Assembly (NCBI GenBank): GCA_030265395.1
Contig: JARFYF010000050.1
Span: 20,193,707 to 20,257,706, forward strand
DNA from: Rhina ancylostomus
Taxonomy: Eukaryota
Reading direction: 5' to 3'
Length of the DNA stretch: 64,000 nucleotides
The position numbers were made by a program, and so were the translations under genes. Positions 1 to 13,725 of this stretch are shown here, piece after piece. How positions within the stretch are numbered: position 1 is the first letter of the stretch; every line of letters starts with the position of its first letter. A model generated the notes under the pieces. That model worked only from the letters and a program-made list of their open reading frames with translations, made no database searches and was not told the origin of the DNA.

Positions 1-2367
1 GTATCTGAAATCCCCATAGTTAATAGTATGGCAGTGTCACAGTATGAGTTTAATTGCTCCAGGTTCTAATCCTATGATTGCCTAAGGCTGAAATCTGTGA
101 TGAGTTTCAGCAGTCCCTGATTGGATCACTATGTGGAACACTACGAGAGCAGATTGTACTTCACTGGGATGCATGATAGGAATTATTTCTCCCCATTCTA
201 ACAGCAGCTCTATCCTCTTTCTTCCAGTTTTAGGAGAATATTGAAACACTAGTGAGACATAGGAGACATTGGAAAAACAATTTGGAGACATTGTGGAAAG
301 GTGGACACAAACCATCGCATTAATTCTGCCAATCACAGCTCAGGCATACATTTCCTCCAAAATGGATTCCCACATGGACACAAACTGAAAGCACAGAACA
401 GCGTAATGAAAGCAAGTGAAGGAGAAAAGATGAAATAACTTAAAATTCATGATGTGCAAATTGTTCCTCTCTTTAGGAAATCATCTCAAGGGATATTTTG
501 CAAAGATAGCAGATTTTATATACAAAACCATTGGATAATTTTACAGGTCCATGCTGTGAAGTGAGCACCTGAATTCCCAATTTACAGTGCTGACAGCCAA
601 GACTGTTCAGTGCACAATCTCTCAGCAATATCCTAAATGGTTCAAGTCAGAACACTTTAATAGGATGTATAGTAATTCTCAATCCAAGAAAAGGCTAATC
701 CAAATTAGAGTGGAATCAGAATATATTTCAGTTACTTTGGGAAGATACAGACACAACTGGAGTCCAGCACCATAGGTATCCCTGATTATACTGAATGCTT
801 CCATGGCTAATATATGCAGCATCTCTCTGGGGAGCATCTTCCAAGTAAGAATCTTTACTTCAATTTATATTCATAGTAGTACTTTTTTTTGGTGATTTTA
901 TTTTGCTTTCTGGTTTAGTGAAGATGTATATATTGATCCCTGGTGGGAGCTGAATTGGGTGTAGGCATACATGTTTTGCTAATCGGAAGCTGAAATTTTA
1001 TGTATTAAATCTTGGCATCCAGGTTGGAGAGTCGTGTGAAATAAGAGAAAATAAGGACATAGTGGAAAAATATTTGTCCTTCAAGGATCTGGTGGGGAAT
1101 TTCACCCCCCCCTCAAAAAAAATTTACTTAAAGGGGGAGCATTTTATACAAAGAGATTTCTAACAGTGCATTACTGTTTCACATGACTAATTACCACTTC
1201 CTAGGACAGGCACCAATGTACCAATTTTACCATTTGAAGCAGGGCATTAGGTTTCATTTTGAAACTTCAGGAAGAACAATTTGTTCATTTACACAAAATG
1301 AACACTGTACTATCAACTCCTTGTTGTTTCCCTCCTCCTGAAGTATATGGAGCCAATTGTGATCAAACTTCAATTTCAGTCTGAACTCTGGAGACTAAAA
1401 AACAGATTTCACCTATTTTTGGCACTCTAAAACATTGTTTCATTTTGCATTAACACCAGATCACGTCTCTCCCAGAAAAAGAAAAATAAGTAAATGGCTT
1501 AAAATAAATCTGACACAGCATTAGGGTGGTTTACATCCAAAAAGCACAGAAACATACATGGTTCCAACAGGAACACACACTTCAGCACAGTTCCTGACAT
1601 CTTGCTGTGCAGCAATCAGAAAAGGGCAACAGTTCTTAAAGAAATATTCCCCATACAAGCAAGACACACGATGCCTGCCACGCAGAGAAGGGAGTCTGAA
1701 GGGAAGAGAAGGGAGCTCCTCAGTTTGTTGAAAGAGAGAGAGATATTGAATTCCTACCATCTAAGATTCATACCAGTTGGCTGGTCCANNNNNNNNNNNN
1801 NNNNNNNNNNNNNNNNNNNNNNNNNNNNNNNNNNNNNNNNNNNNNNNNNNNNNNNNNNNNNNNNNNNNNNNNNNNNNNNNNNNNNNNNCATTAAGTTGCT
1901 GACTAGAATAACAAAATACAAGGCAGACTTGAAAATGTGGCTGTTCCAATTGAGGTCAACTTTGAGAGGTTCTTCAAATTGTAAATCAGTAGGAGAGAGT
2001 CAATGTTCAAATGATTTGCCTAGGACAGGAGAAAATTTGATTAAAAAGTCATGTTTCAGAGATTTCTACCCCTGCACAAGATCCACTATATGGTTATCTA
2101 TTGAAGTAGACTACCATTTCTTAAGAATGTATGTAGGGGTGGTGGTGATGGTGGGGAGGGTGAGCTGTTGGTGAATAAATAGAACCTGGGTTCATGGTAA
2201 ACATGATTTAGAGCCACTGCCTATGCAGAAAAGAAACATCAATACTGAGTGGTCAATATGAACAGCATATTGCAGTCTTTCAATTTCCTTGCTGATAATA
2301 CAACCTCCATGAATTACAATGCTATATCAGAAAGTACATTTAGTCCCTGAAAAGTCAAGTTTTACTC

Positions 2368-2460
2368 ATCTGATGAAAGGTTACTGACCCAAAATGGTTT
2401 CTTTCTCAATAGATTCTGCCTGCATGCTACAGATTTCCAGCATTTTCTGTTTTTATTCTT
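2368..2460 (+). mobile_element. Penelope-like element terminal fragment (degenerate hammerhead-bearing repeat)
   Basis: ctgatgaaagg...caaaa followed by agattctgcctg...ttccagcattttctgtttttatt, the same motif that ends the Penelope copy at 61.4-62.7 kb. Confidence 0.65.
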
Positions 2461-3844
2461 TTCATGCTTCTGGATGGAATTTGGATAGTATATGGAAGTG
2501 ACCTAGTTTGTCCCATTGCTCTTTGTGCAATCTAAAATATCAAGCTCTCTTCATAATTGATAATAAAATTCTATCCTGGGGGTACTTCATTTTATTGGTC
2601 AATTCCCACAATAAGTTACAAAAGGCAGGGAACTGCCAAAATTACTGACCATTTTCAGATGGCACTGGCAAAATATCTGTAGAAAGGAGGCGATGAAGGA
2701 GAGAAATATCTTTCATGAGAATATTTAAATGGCAGGGATCTAAATCATTATTTCATGTGGGTTTCATTACTCCTGGTATAGGCATGTGCAAGTTGGTCAA
2801 GTTGTTTTGATGAACACTTTCATTAAGTCCAAGCAGTAAATTAGCATAATCCTAAAGTTCCAGATGCTTTTCCATTCTCGACAACACTATTCTCATGGAA
2901 TTCAAGGAACTGCATCTAATCTTCTGAAGCAGCTTGCTTGATGTTTTGATGAAACCCAAGGTTAACTTCACTAATCATGAATATCAAGTTTTTTCTCACT
3001 TCATAAATCATGCCAGACATGCATTTCCAGCAATGGCCCCCAGCCCTCTTTTTTTTCATTTATCCCAGTCTGTTTGCCTGTCTTGCTTCATTAATCTTTG
3101 AAGCTTTTAATGATTCCTATATTCTACCCACATATACTGTATTATTTTATCCCTTTTCCATCCTGTGTCTTGGGATTTAAACTTTATTACATCTGAAATG
3201 TTAATTGTTTCTTTCTCCACAGATGCTACCTTGGTAGAGTTTTAGTACATCACTTCACATGACTCCAGATGTGAACTTACCAGATCTTAGTTTATCTACA
3301 TCGCTCCTCCTGTGCCCTTCCCTCTCCCACGTTTTCATTACTATTTAATAACTAATAAAAAGATTCTCAAGACTCTCTGGACTTATGCTGTTGATCATTT
3401 GGACAGTACCCTGTTATAACTTCTTGGGTCCCAAGTGCAAAAACATTTGAAAACTTCAAAATCCATTTGCCACAATTTTGTTTATTTGAATACCTAATTT
3501 GGTATTTTGATATGCACCATTTACGATGGTAGCTGACAATCTGCCTTTAATTCCATGGCCCTCAACTTTAATCAACTAGTCTTTTGCATGGGACTATTGA
3601 ATGCCTTCCAGTCGTGGAAATAAATTATATTCCTGAGTATGTATCTGCTGCTTCAGCTTCCTCTTCGAAATAGAAATAAAAATGATCAGTCTCATTTGAG
3701 AGCGGGACGGAACACGTTGGAATTTTGAACTTGTCAGATGAGCCTGATCATCAGGATAGTGTTCCAAGTAAATTTCAGATCTAACAAGAGTTGGGCATTG
3801 CACACCAAACAAGACCAAGTATCTCTCTTTGATACTTAATGGTA

Positions 3845-4500
3845 TTACCATAACTGAATCCTGCACCATCAACATCCTGGGAATCACTTTGACCAGAAAC
3901 TCATCTACATCATCCATATAGATGTTGCTGCAAGAGCAGATCAGAGGCTGGGTACCCAGCAGCGAGCAAGCAACCGCAAGGGGTGCTTGTCCATGAGGCA
4001 CAAGTCAGGAATGTGATGGAGCACTTTCCACTTGCCTGAATAAGAGCAGTATCAACATTCAAGAAACATGACACCAACCAGAGCAAAACAGCCTGCTTAA
4101 TTAGTACCTCATCTAACATCCAAAACATTCCATTCGATCCAATACCCATGTACACCATCAACACTCTTTGCAAAATGCACTGTAGTTGCTTACCCAGGCC
4201 ATTTCAATAGCATCTCGCATACTGATAGCCCAAGGACAAGGGCAGCAGGCACATGGAAAACCTACATTTGTAGTTTCCCCTTACATAGCACACTGTCCTC
4301 ATAAAAATATAGCACGGTCCCCTCATCACTGGATCCAAATTCGATAAGTCCCCACTCTACAAAATTGAGTGTACTTTCATTGGAAGGATTCTAGCAATTC
4401 AAAGTGACAGCTCACGACCTTTGTCCCAGTGATAATAAGGGGTGTATAACAAATACTAGTCTTTCCTGTGTTGCCCCATCTCCAAAAATAAATTATATAA
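3845..4500 (+). mobile_element. CR1-clade LINE, degenerate ORF2 C-terminus and 3' UTR
   Basis: Frameshifted translation ES.TINILGIT(.)DQKL...RADQRLG...AQVRNVMEHFPLA*I...FKKHDTNQSKTACLI, typical of the post-RT region. The tail resembles those at ~50.6 and ~56.8 kb. Confidence 0.75.
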
Positions 4501-5434
4501 ATAGGCAATTTCTTGACAAGAGCTATTAAGCTAATAGTTTCTCTTGCCTTTTATTTTTAAATAAAATAGTGATACAAGTAGCTTTCCAATCTAAATGTGC
4601 ACAAAAGGCAATTTTAGTTGGAGCTTCCAAAGATATATTCATAAACTTCCTTTAAAATTCTGGGATGGAAACTTAAGTCCTGTGGATGTCACACGTTAGG
4701 CAGCTTATTTTGCTGACATTAGTTCTGGCTAGTCTCCAGGATCAATATGATTCACTCAAGTTGTCCAGCCCATTATCCTTCCTCTGTAACTGCACTGGAC
4801 CAATTTTGTGGGACCCAGCATCCTGCTTGGGAGTCACTACCACCCTAATTGCAACTTTAAATTCATTCTGAAAAAAGATAATTAAACTGCAGAACAAGTC
4901 ACAGACTACTTATGCTTTGCCCCCGTCAACAGTATCTGTAATTGTACATCAAGTCTGACCAACTACTGGGAAGGCAACTACTCTGTGAGATGCTGGAGAA
5001 TCACAGCACAATCCTTTCAATGGGTTCCCTGCAGAGTCCAGCAGTAGAGCTCAGGGACAGGCAAGGTGCTATCAGTCACCAAGTCTCAGAATGTGTTCCG
5101 GTTGCCCAGCAGAACAACTGAAAGTCAATACATGCGACCCTCCCACGCTTAACCATTCAGGTTACAGAAATTCACCCTTGCGGAATTCATAAATCAGGAC
5201 CCAGCTGTGGTATTCATCATTTCTGTTGAGAGAAAAAGCATCCCATAGGAACACATCTCCACTTATAATATGGAATTCAATGGGAAACAGTGTTTCAGGT
5301 CATGGAAAATCATGATACGGTCTTCTGGGAATGCAACCCCTTTGGACAATGGAGAATTGACATAAAAGGTTTTGTGAGCTCACAAGGTAGGTCAATGTCA
5401 GCTGCACACTACCAAGAATACATTAGGCATGTAT

Positions 5435-5462
5435 ACACACACAACACACACACACACACACA
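5435..5462. repeat. Interrupted (CA)n microsatellite
   Basis: Visible directly in the sequence. Confidence 0.9.
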
Positions 5463-5499
5463 GAAAGATAAACTCTTGATCTCCCAATTTACCTTATCG

Positions 5500-5668
5500 T
5501 GGCCCTTGCACTTTATTGCCCACCTGGTGTTGCACTCTCTGAAACTGCAACACTACATTCTGCTTTTCTTTTCACTACGTCTATATTATGGCATGATCTG
5601 TGAGGCACACAAAACTAGAGCTTTTCCACTGTATCTTGGTACATGCAACAATAATAAACCAATATCAA
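5500..5668 (+). mobile_element. LINE 3' tail (probably Rex1/Babar type)
   Basis: Ends ttttccactgtatcttggtacatgcaacaataataaaccaata. The reverse complement of the same tail occurs at 10467-10520. Family assignment is from memory. Confidence 0.55.
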
Positions 5669-8559
5669 CACACACAGTTATTGCAGACACACCCCACCCC
5701 TCTCCTGCACCACACCTGACCATTGGCATTTCCCCCTCCTCCACTACTGCCCAGTGTTCTCAGTGTCCTCCTTCCCATCAATTTTGACTGAAACAGTGAT
5801 GAACAACATGCAGATCACTAGTCCCACTATCACAAAATGGAGAATTATGCCAAGCTGCTGCTGCCTAGAATAACCAGGACGTTGAGTCATTTTCACCTTG
5901 ACTGCAAAAGCAACAGCAGTTCAGATGGGACGTCACAAATCGCTGTGATGACAGCCGTTCAAGGTCTGAGCCTGCTAATACATTGCACTTCCGGCACATC
6001 CAGGTAGGATATTGGTGTCTCTGAAAACTCTCATGATAACATTGAGTGCACACCCAATGGCAAGAAAAGATCAGGCATGCTAAGATGGATCACGAATGGA
6101 AATGCCAGGCTTTTTTTGAAAGCAGTTCCAGCTAAGTATGATTGCTAATGTGATCTAACCTAGGTAAAATCAATTTTGGTTCACTTAGTGCTTTAGAAGT
6201 CCAATTTCTGAGTTTAGCAGTTTTCTCATCATTGAGCTTCAGGAAACCTGCATCCTTTTCCCAACATTAATGGGAATTTAAAAAAAAACACAACTCTGAA
6301 TTTCCCAAGCTGCACACACCATGCACCAAATCTGCTGAAGCAAAATAAAAAGAGTCTAGCCACAAGAACCAAAAGTTCACCATTATAATCCAATAATGAT
6401 GGAATTTAGTTTGGTTGAGTGACACTTTCACTAAATCAGGAGCTGGCTCTTTGAATGTCAAGTATTAATAAAATGAAGGAAAGAAGCTCAATTGCAGTAA
6501 ATAAATCAATGTGAAATTACTGACTGCATAACATTGATTCAAAAAAAGTTATAACATTGCAAATTAGGCACCTTAGTTGAAATGTTATAAATGCAGAACT
6601 TCACAAAAAAGGCTGATTACTTCAGTGAATACTAATCAGTATGTTGAGAGATTAATAGGTAGAAACATTGATTTCCAATAAATTGTGTGGTGCATCACAC
6701 TGAACAGGTGACAAGCAGGTAGAACTAATTTCTATGTTGTTAAATCAGGAAATTATAATATCCAAGGTCATTATAAACAAGCTCAATACATTCCTCACGC
6801 ACAAATAAAATGAAAACTATTTATCCTCACACACTATTCCTGCTACAAATTTTAACCCATCAGGAATTCTGTGTCTCACCATCCTCCATCTGGAAAGAAA
6901 ATTCTGAAGAAGCTAAATAATCTTTATTCATTCTACATAGAATTCTCAAGTTACTTCATCGTCAAAGTGTTCTTTCGTCCAGGAAAGAAGTTTCACTTCT
7001 GAAAGTTGATCCCCATTGAAAAAACAAGAATGAGATAGGAAAAGATTTTTCAAAGCATTAGTGCCTTTTTGAAAAGAGCAGTAAGTGTAGGCAATTTTGA
7101 GCATCTTAATTTAGGAAATAACTGAGATAATCAGTATTTGGAAATGTTGACATCATTAAAAGTTCTCAAAAATCTTTTTTCTTTTTACAGACAGAAGAGA
7201 TATTTATATCTGGAATTCTGTAGATCAAGAGCACTATTATATAAACTTTGAGGCCTACTTTTACAGCTTGCTTTAAAAAATGTCAGAAAAATCATTTTCC
7301 ATTAGTCAAAAAGAGCTGAGTAGTACTTGGTAGTTTTAATAATTTACACAGCTGCCTGTCCTAAAAGTCTCCCTACTTCTGTTCTTATACATCCAGGCTG
7401 CACTCCACAGAGGAAGATGGATGTCAATTGAACAAGCCTGAAAGCCAGTCTTGCTGATGAGCCAGAGATGAATTTTGTGGTCTAAATTGAACAAAGATGA
7501 TACATAGATGGTGACATGGGTTTCATCTGCCTGTCAGTCACTGAAACCATGTCTCATGGCTTCTAAACCCACTATGAAAAACAGCTTTGATATGAAAGAA
7601 CAAACTCAGGTTGTAAGTGATGGCCCTGTGCAATAGCAACCATAATGCACAGGCCTAAAAAAAAGGAAAAGGCAATGCCCACAATACTTTAGTGTTTTCA
7701 GTCCAGTACAATGTTTTGCAAGAAATATTAATTAGAGAAAATAAGGGTTAATTGTTAGATGACCTCATCTATTTTTGGTGTAAAGATTCTGAGAATGAAA
7801 CCAAGAGAAGAAAGACTACCAGAAGTTGAGATCCAAGGGCAATAGTGAGAAAGGAAGAAATCATCAAGATTAGTTTTAACATAAAAGGACAAAAGAAAGA
7901 ATCAGTAAGATCTGGAAGTTTTTTCATGGAGACTATTAATTGAGGAAAGAGGATATAAACCCCATCAAGAAACTTCCTTTAATAAGGAAAACTGTCCTTT
8001 TATTAAATGAAGTAGAGGGTATAATTCAGCCAGCAGTCTCAAAAGCAGAGTTTCAAAATGAAGTGTGGCCTTACAACAAGAGACAACCCTAACAAACTAT
8101 GCATCATTGTTTCATGATCATAGCCTCAGGAACAAGAGGTGGAACCAAGACTTTTTCCTGAAGTCATGAATAAATTGATTCAAATTCAAGCAGCACTTTT
8201 TAAAGAAAATGCTGGATATACTGAGCAGAAACAGGAGTTAATATTCCAGGTCAATGATCTTCAATTTTGCTTCAGAGGCATCAGTTTGCTCTCTCCAAGA
8301 AAACTGTGTGGAATCTCAGTGGAACCTGAGCCAAACACAAAATTAGCCTGCGCCGACTCAGTAGTTCCAAAGACTGTTAATCATTGATGTCGAGATTTAC
8401 CACAAATTTGACAAGCCAAGGTTTTAGTTACCCCACTGAAAGAGGAGATTTATGCCACAATGAGTTATTTGCATTGGGGTGTGGATTCCAGGTGAACACA
8501 ATAAATTAATAAATAAATTTGGACAGAATTTGGCAGATGAAAAGGGATGAGTGATATGA

Positions 8560-8790
8560 AAGAAAGATGGAATTCGAATGAGCACAGCCCCAGTAAACTC
8601 CAGACCAGGAACTAAGTGTGGATAGAGTGTGTTAAGAGGAAATAAAAGAGCAATGCTCATAGCTCTGCTGAAAGACCATATGATAATCACTTATCTAGAA
8701 GATCACAGTGCCAGTCCTTGTAAAAACTTGATCAACTTCCAAGGCAATGACAAATGATCCAATTATTCAAAAGTAGAGCTCCTGAAACCT
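8560..8790 (+). mobile_element. Highly degenerate CR1 ORF2 fragment
   Basis: aaactccagaccaggaact...agagtgtgttaagaggaa resembles the KSPGPD..PRVLKE motif upstream of the RT domain. Confidence 0.4.
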
Positions 8791-8804
8791 GCATCACAAC
8801 AGGG

Positions 8805-8930
8805 TTTATGGTAATAGCGGTCATGTTACAGAAGTTGTAACCCAGAGGTGTGGAATAATATTCCAGAGACATGTGTTCACATCCCATTACAGCAGTCAGT
8901 GAATTTTAATTGAGTTTTTGTTTAAATCTC
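8805..8930 (+). mobile_element. tRNA-derived SINE 5' region
   Basis: A-box-like tagcggtcatg and B-box-like tgttcacatccc followed by gtgaattttaattgag. A related copy lies on the minus strand at 25185-25375. Confidence 0.55.
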
Positions 8931-9119
8931 AAAAGATGAAGATGCCAAAGGAATGATCATCCTAACCATGATAGCAGTTGCAAATTAGAATAGAATGCAA
9001 GATCGTAAGTTAACAAAAGTGCTTACATATAATCACAGCGCTTCTCCAACACAGAAGGAGGTCATTCAGTTCATCATGCTTGAACTGGTTGAAAAAGAGC
9101 TGCTCGGCATAATCCCATC

Positions 9120-9482
9120 TTCTGCTGAGGCAACCTTCTGGACTCAATGATGAATTTGGCAACTTCCAATAACTTGTTTTCTCTATTTTTTTCAGTCATC
9201 AGTTTTCTTTGTTTTATCCCTCCCCATTAGCACACCCTGACCTGCTATTTGCAACATGTCACACTTCATCATTAACTTCTAACTGCCCCATTCACAACTT
9301 ATCCTCAAAACAACCCTGGCTTCAACCTAGAAAAGATATTCTTTCCCATATCCATCCCTCCATCATCATTTCTGTAACTTAAAGCCAACTTCTTTCACAG
9401 TTCTAACAAAGGGTCTATTACCCCAAACATCCCTTTCCACATATGCTGCCCAACCCACTAAGTCAGCAGTTTTTGTTTTCCT
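9120..9482 (+). mobile_element. Penelope-like element 3' end, degenerate
   Basis: End-of-ORF motif caaccttctggactcaatgatgaattt, a pyrimidine-rich UTR and a ccacatatgctgcc terminal motif. Confidence 0.55.
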
Positions 9483-9494
9483 NNNNNNNNNNCA

Positions 9495-10330
9495 TTTTCA
9501 GCCTAATCCAACCTTCTGGCAAGGCTCCATAGCAAACCATGGCTCCTGAAGCACACATCCAAGCACTTTTGAAAAGTAAGAGGGATTATGTCTCTGCCTT
9601 CTTTTTTATCCACCCCCACAATAACGTCAAGACCCCTACCACTTTCCAGGTGAAAAAAATACTTTTCCTCATCTTCACTCTAAAATTTATAACAATTACT
9701 TTAAACCTCTGCCTCCTGGATTTGTCCTTTCTGCTAAGGAAAACAAGTCTTTTCTATTTACTTTATTCAAAACCCTAATAATATGATACACCTTCATTAA
9801 ATCTCCCCTTCAGCCTCTGCTATTCTAAAGAAAACAGCCTTAGTTTGTCCAATCTTTTTTCACGACTACAAATTTTCCAGTCCCGACAGCAAGCTCTGGA
9901 TCTCCTCTTCATTCTCTTGGGCAATGCCACCTTCCCTATATGCAGTGACCTGAACTGTACACATTATTTAAGCTACAGCCTAAATAGTGTTTTATACTGG
10001 AGAGATTATTTTGTGGTCTTAACAAAAATATTACTGAAATCCACCTGGGGTACATAAAAAGCACAAACCATCCTTGCTACCTCCTCAAAACATTTAATCA
10101 AGTTGGTTATATGTGATCTGCCATTAACTAATCCACACTGATTAAGCCCAATTAATTTGTGTCTTGCAAAATAAAGATTCATTCTTTACCTTAGAATGGA
10201 TTCCAATAGTTCTGCACAACACCAGTTTGGTTTATTCCTTCCTTTTTAAGCTATGATACGATGTTAGAAGTCCTCTTATCCTCCAGCATCAAACCCCTGG
10301 CCACTTGTTTTTATTAACAGCCTGGAACAT
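9495..10330 (-). mobile_element. CR1 (HER1-like) LINE, degenerate 3' part
   Basis: Antisense CR1 motifs caggtgaaaaaa, aaatctccccttcagcctctgc, gacctgaactgtacacattatt (EYCVQFW region) and catttaatcaagttggttatatgtgatctgcc. Confidence 0.65.
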
Positions 10331-10464
10331 GGGCTCTGGTGAGTGAATTGTTTTTAAAAATGCCAAACCCCATTATACTTTCTATATATAGGACAGTCAC
10401 AAAATCCAAATCCTCTGCTCCCACACATTACCTTTTTGGTCCCAAATGGGCCCTACTCTTGGTC

Positions 10465-10560
10465 TCTATTGGCATCGGTTTATTATTGTCACTTGTACCG
10501 AGGTACAGTGAAAAACTTGTCTTGCATACCAATCGTACAAATCATTACACAGTGCAATTA
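10465..10560 (-). mobile_element. LINE 3' tail (Rex1/Babar-like), relatively young
   Basis: ggtttattattgtcacttgtaccgaggtacagtgaaaaac is the reverse complement of the tail at ~5620-5668 and retains CpGs. Confidence 0.55.
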
Positions 10561-13489
10561 CATTACAATTCTAATTCCCGCCGCCCCACCCCCATAGTCT
10601 CTCTTTACATTCCTAAATTTCCCCTATAACTTCAGTATACACTCTTTCTATACTCTTCCAGGCTTTCTGCTGTCTAACATTAACTTTTCTATTTTACCTT
10701 ACCTCTCCTCCTTAAGCACATGGTAACCCAGACCTTCTGTTTTGCTGGGGAAAGATTTACCCTGAAACCCCCGAATCACTGATTTACCATTGAGTAGCCA
10801 TTTCCTGTCTACTGCTAGCAAATCATTTCTCAGCCTTGCAAGATTGTCCTTACCCCAAATTAGAAACTTAATTCCCATGTTATCTTTAACCCCCCATTAA
10901 CAATGTTAAATCTAACCACATTATGATCACTGCTCTCCCTTCCATGGATCCAGCTTCATTCTCTAGATTCAAGTCAGCTGGGTAGTAGCTATTGGTAAAT
11001 TATCTTCCTCAGCTGAATGAGCATTAGAGAGCACTCAGCAAGTTTGAAGACAAAGCAGCACAGAGTAAAATGAAGAATTGGGGCAAGGTCAAAAGGTACG
11101 CACCTTGACTAGAATGAAAGGGGCATGAATCAAGACTAGAAGTCTTGGAGCCATAAAATAGTAATGGATGCAACGGACCCAAAGAGAATTAAGCTTCACA
11201 GTATATCTAACATTAAAACAGTAGGACAATGGGGTATAATGCTCTATAAATCATTGCTGAATCAGATCTGGAGAAGGAATAGTCAACTTCTCTTTAAGGG
11301 AGCATCAAACTTTCCACCCACCCATGGGATGAACAAAATGAGAAAGAAGCTTCACAGAAGTTACATATTCAAGGGCAGAGAAGAACAGGAAGAGAAATAT
11401 CAGTCAAGTTGTAAATGGCAAACAATTTTCAAGAACATCTCATTAGAGACAATATGCATAAGTTACTTCAGACTGACTAAGGCAGCAGGTACAACAGGCA
11501 AGATTTCAGTTTTAAATACAAGAGATTGCAGAACAGTCTTATTTTTGAATCAACACATAGCAACTGATCTGACAGAATGGGGAAAAAAAATGTTCAACCT
11601 TTCTTGACAGATGGAACAATAGGTCTCATTTTACTGGTCTAAACAGAAGGAACCAGGTGTCAATGCAACAGTTAGACCATGAAGTAGCCACAATGCTTCA
11701 ATGGACAGTACCCCAACCTATTGAGATTTTGCCAAATGAGACAATTTGCTTTTGTTACAGAAGAATTAATATGAAGCATTGGTCAAAGGAACAGTTATTT
11801 GAAAATGTATTTAGAAAAAAAAGACTTGAGGGAAGGTAGGCAAAAGGTTCAGGAAGTTAGTTGAATACACAAGGATAACCTGGGGTTTGGATAAGCTGAT
11901 GGAATAACCTTGGGGAAAAAAAAATCACAACAAAAAAAAATGGTATTACTGTCAAAGTGATCAAAGGAAGATTGGGTAGAAACTTGTGCTGGTGCTAAAT
12001 AGCCTATTATATTGGAATTGTTTTGTGCTCCACTTCAAAAAAAATCAAATCTATTAAAAAGTCAAATTGGAAGAGGATTATACCATGCAGCTTTTCTTAG
12101 CACAAATGATCAAGATGGAATCATTGTGATTTTAGATGGTTAACACTAATTCACTAAAAGTGCTCAATGTGCAGACAGAAATTTCCTTAAAAAGTTCTGT
12201 ATGCTAATAGAGGAGCTGGGAGCTGCAGACAATTGATAGGCAAATAACAGAAGCACAATAAAACACAGTGTAACATTCACACAAATCCCATAAAACAGAT
12301 CACATCACATATTTTAAAGAGTAGTTACAAACATAGTGGCTATATTTTGTTCACAATCTAATCTTCCTGATGGGCAATTAAACAAAATATTTTCCTGTAC
12401 TGTCAAATGCTATATAGAGTCACACAGAAACAAGCCCTTTAGACCAACTTGTTCCTGCCAACCAAGTTTAATGGACAAGATATCTTTATTAGTCACATGT
12501 ACATCAAAACACAGTGAAATACATCCTGTAGTTATTTATATGAACACATTTATCATGCTTAATATTGAAAAATCATTTCGATAAATATTTAAAACACATC
12601 TCTGATCATTAGTTCGGCTTTCTAGACTACTAGCCCAGTTATCAACTCAAGGCTACTACATCCCAGCTCCATCAAAAGAATCTCATACATCTGATATTGT
12701 ACCTTTATGGTAATGTATATCTTGCCATTTATGTGGGGATTAAGAGATCACTAAACTGAATTTATAAGAATGTACAGAGCAACTCTTCTACCCATAACCC
12801 AAGAGTCCTTCGACAATTACAATTTAGGGTCACCTTGGTTGGTATTTGGAGCCCCAATATCACCTATGAAATTGCACTCCAGCAAGCCATTCACCATCTG
12901 GTGAAGATGAGAATAACAAGACAAAAAAAAACAATAAACAGATCCTGATGTTATTCAATTGCTCAATATTCTTAAAACACATTTTTCCCCCCATATAAGG
13001 CTCTGAGGGCTTTTGACTTATTTGTATTGGTATTTGAGAGTTGCACTTGAGCTGGTCATCCATGATGTGTTCCGGCCGAAAGTTAGTCAAAGTATCCAGA
13101 CTGTGAGTGTGTGGTACTAAGAAAACAGTGCTGCAAAAAGGTGCCATATGTTGGCTCAGATCATTAAACTGTGGCCATAATGACCATAAAGGAAACCCCA
13201 TGCACTCTGAAATCCTGACCAATAATCACCCCATAACATGAGTGCAACAAACAAAAGTATTTCATCATTCCTATTATTGAACTTCACCTTTTCTTTAAGG
13301 GAATTAATACAGAACGGAATGCACTATTATAAATGACACCTGACTGTCAAACCCTATGCTGCAAAACTTCCTTCTTTCAAATTCCCCCGAAACAAAATAC
13401 CACATTTATAGACGAAAGCAGAAAAGAAGCTGCTTCCACTTGTGGCACAGACCAGAAAATGAACCCAAGTGCAATTACTAACCCATAAA

Positions 13490-13725
13490 AGAATCAAGAG
13501 AAATAGCTTTGCCCAATGAATGATTACATTGTAGAACTCACTACCATAAGAATTAGTTGAGGTGGCGAACATGGAAGCATTCAAAAGGAGAGGCTCAATA
13601 AGCAGGTGATTAAGAAAGAAGTAGTATACACTCAAGTGGGTAGATTAGATGGGGCTTGCGGAGCATAGAGACTGTCATAGACACTGGGCTGAATGGCCTG
13701 TTTCTGTGCTGAGACTATGCTACAA
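13490..13725 (+). mobile_element. CR1 LINE 3' end
   Basis: gtagaactcactacc...gttgaggtgg...gcattcaaaagga and the terminal gggctgaatggcctgtttctgtgctg. Confidence 0.75.
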
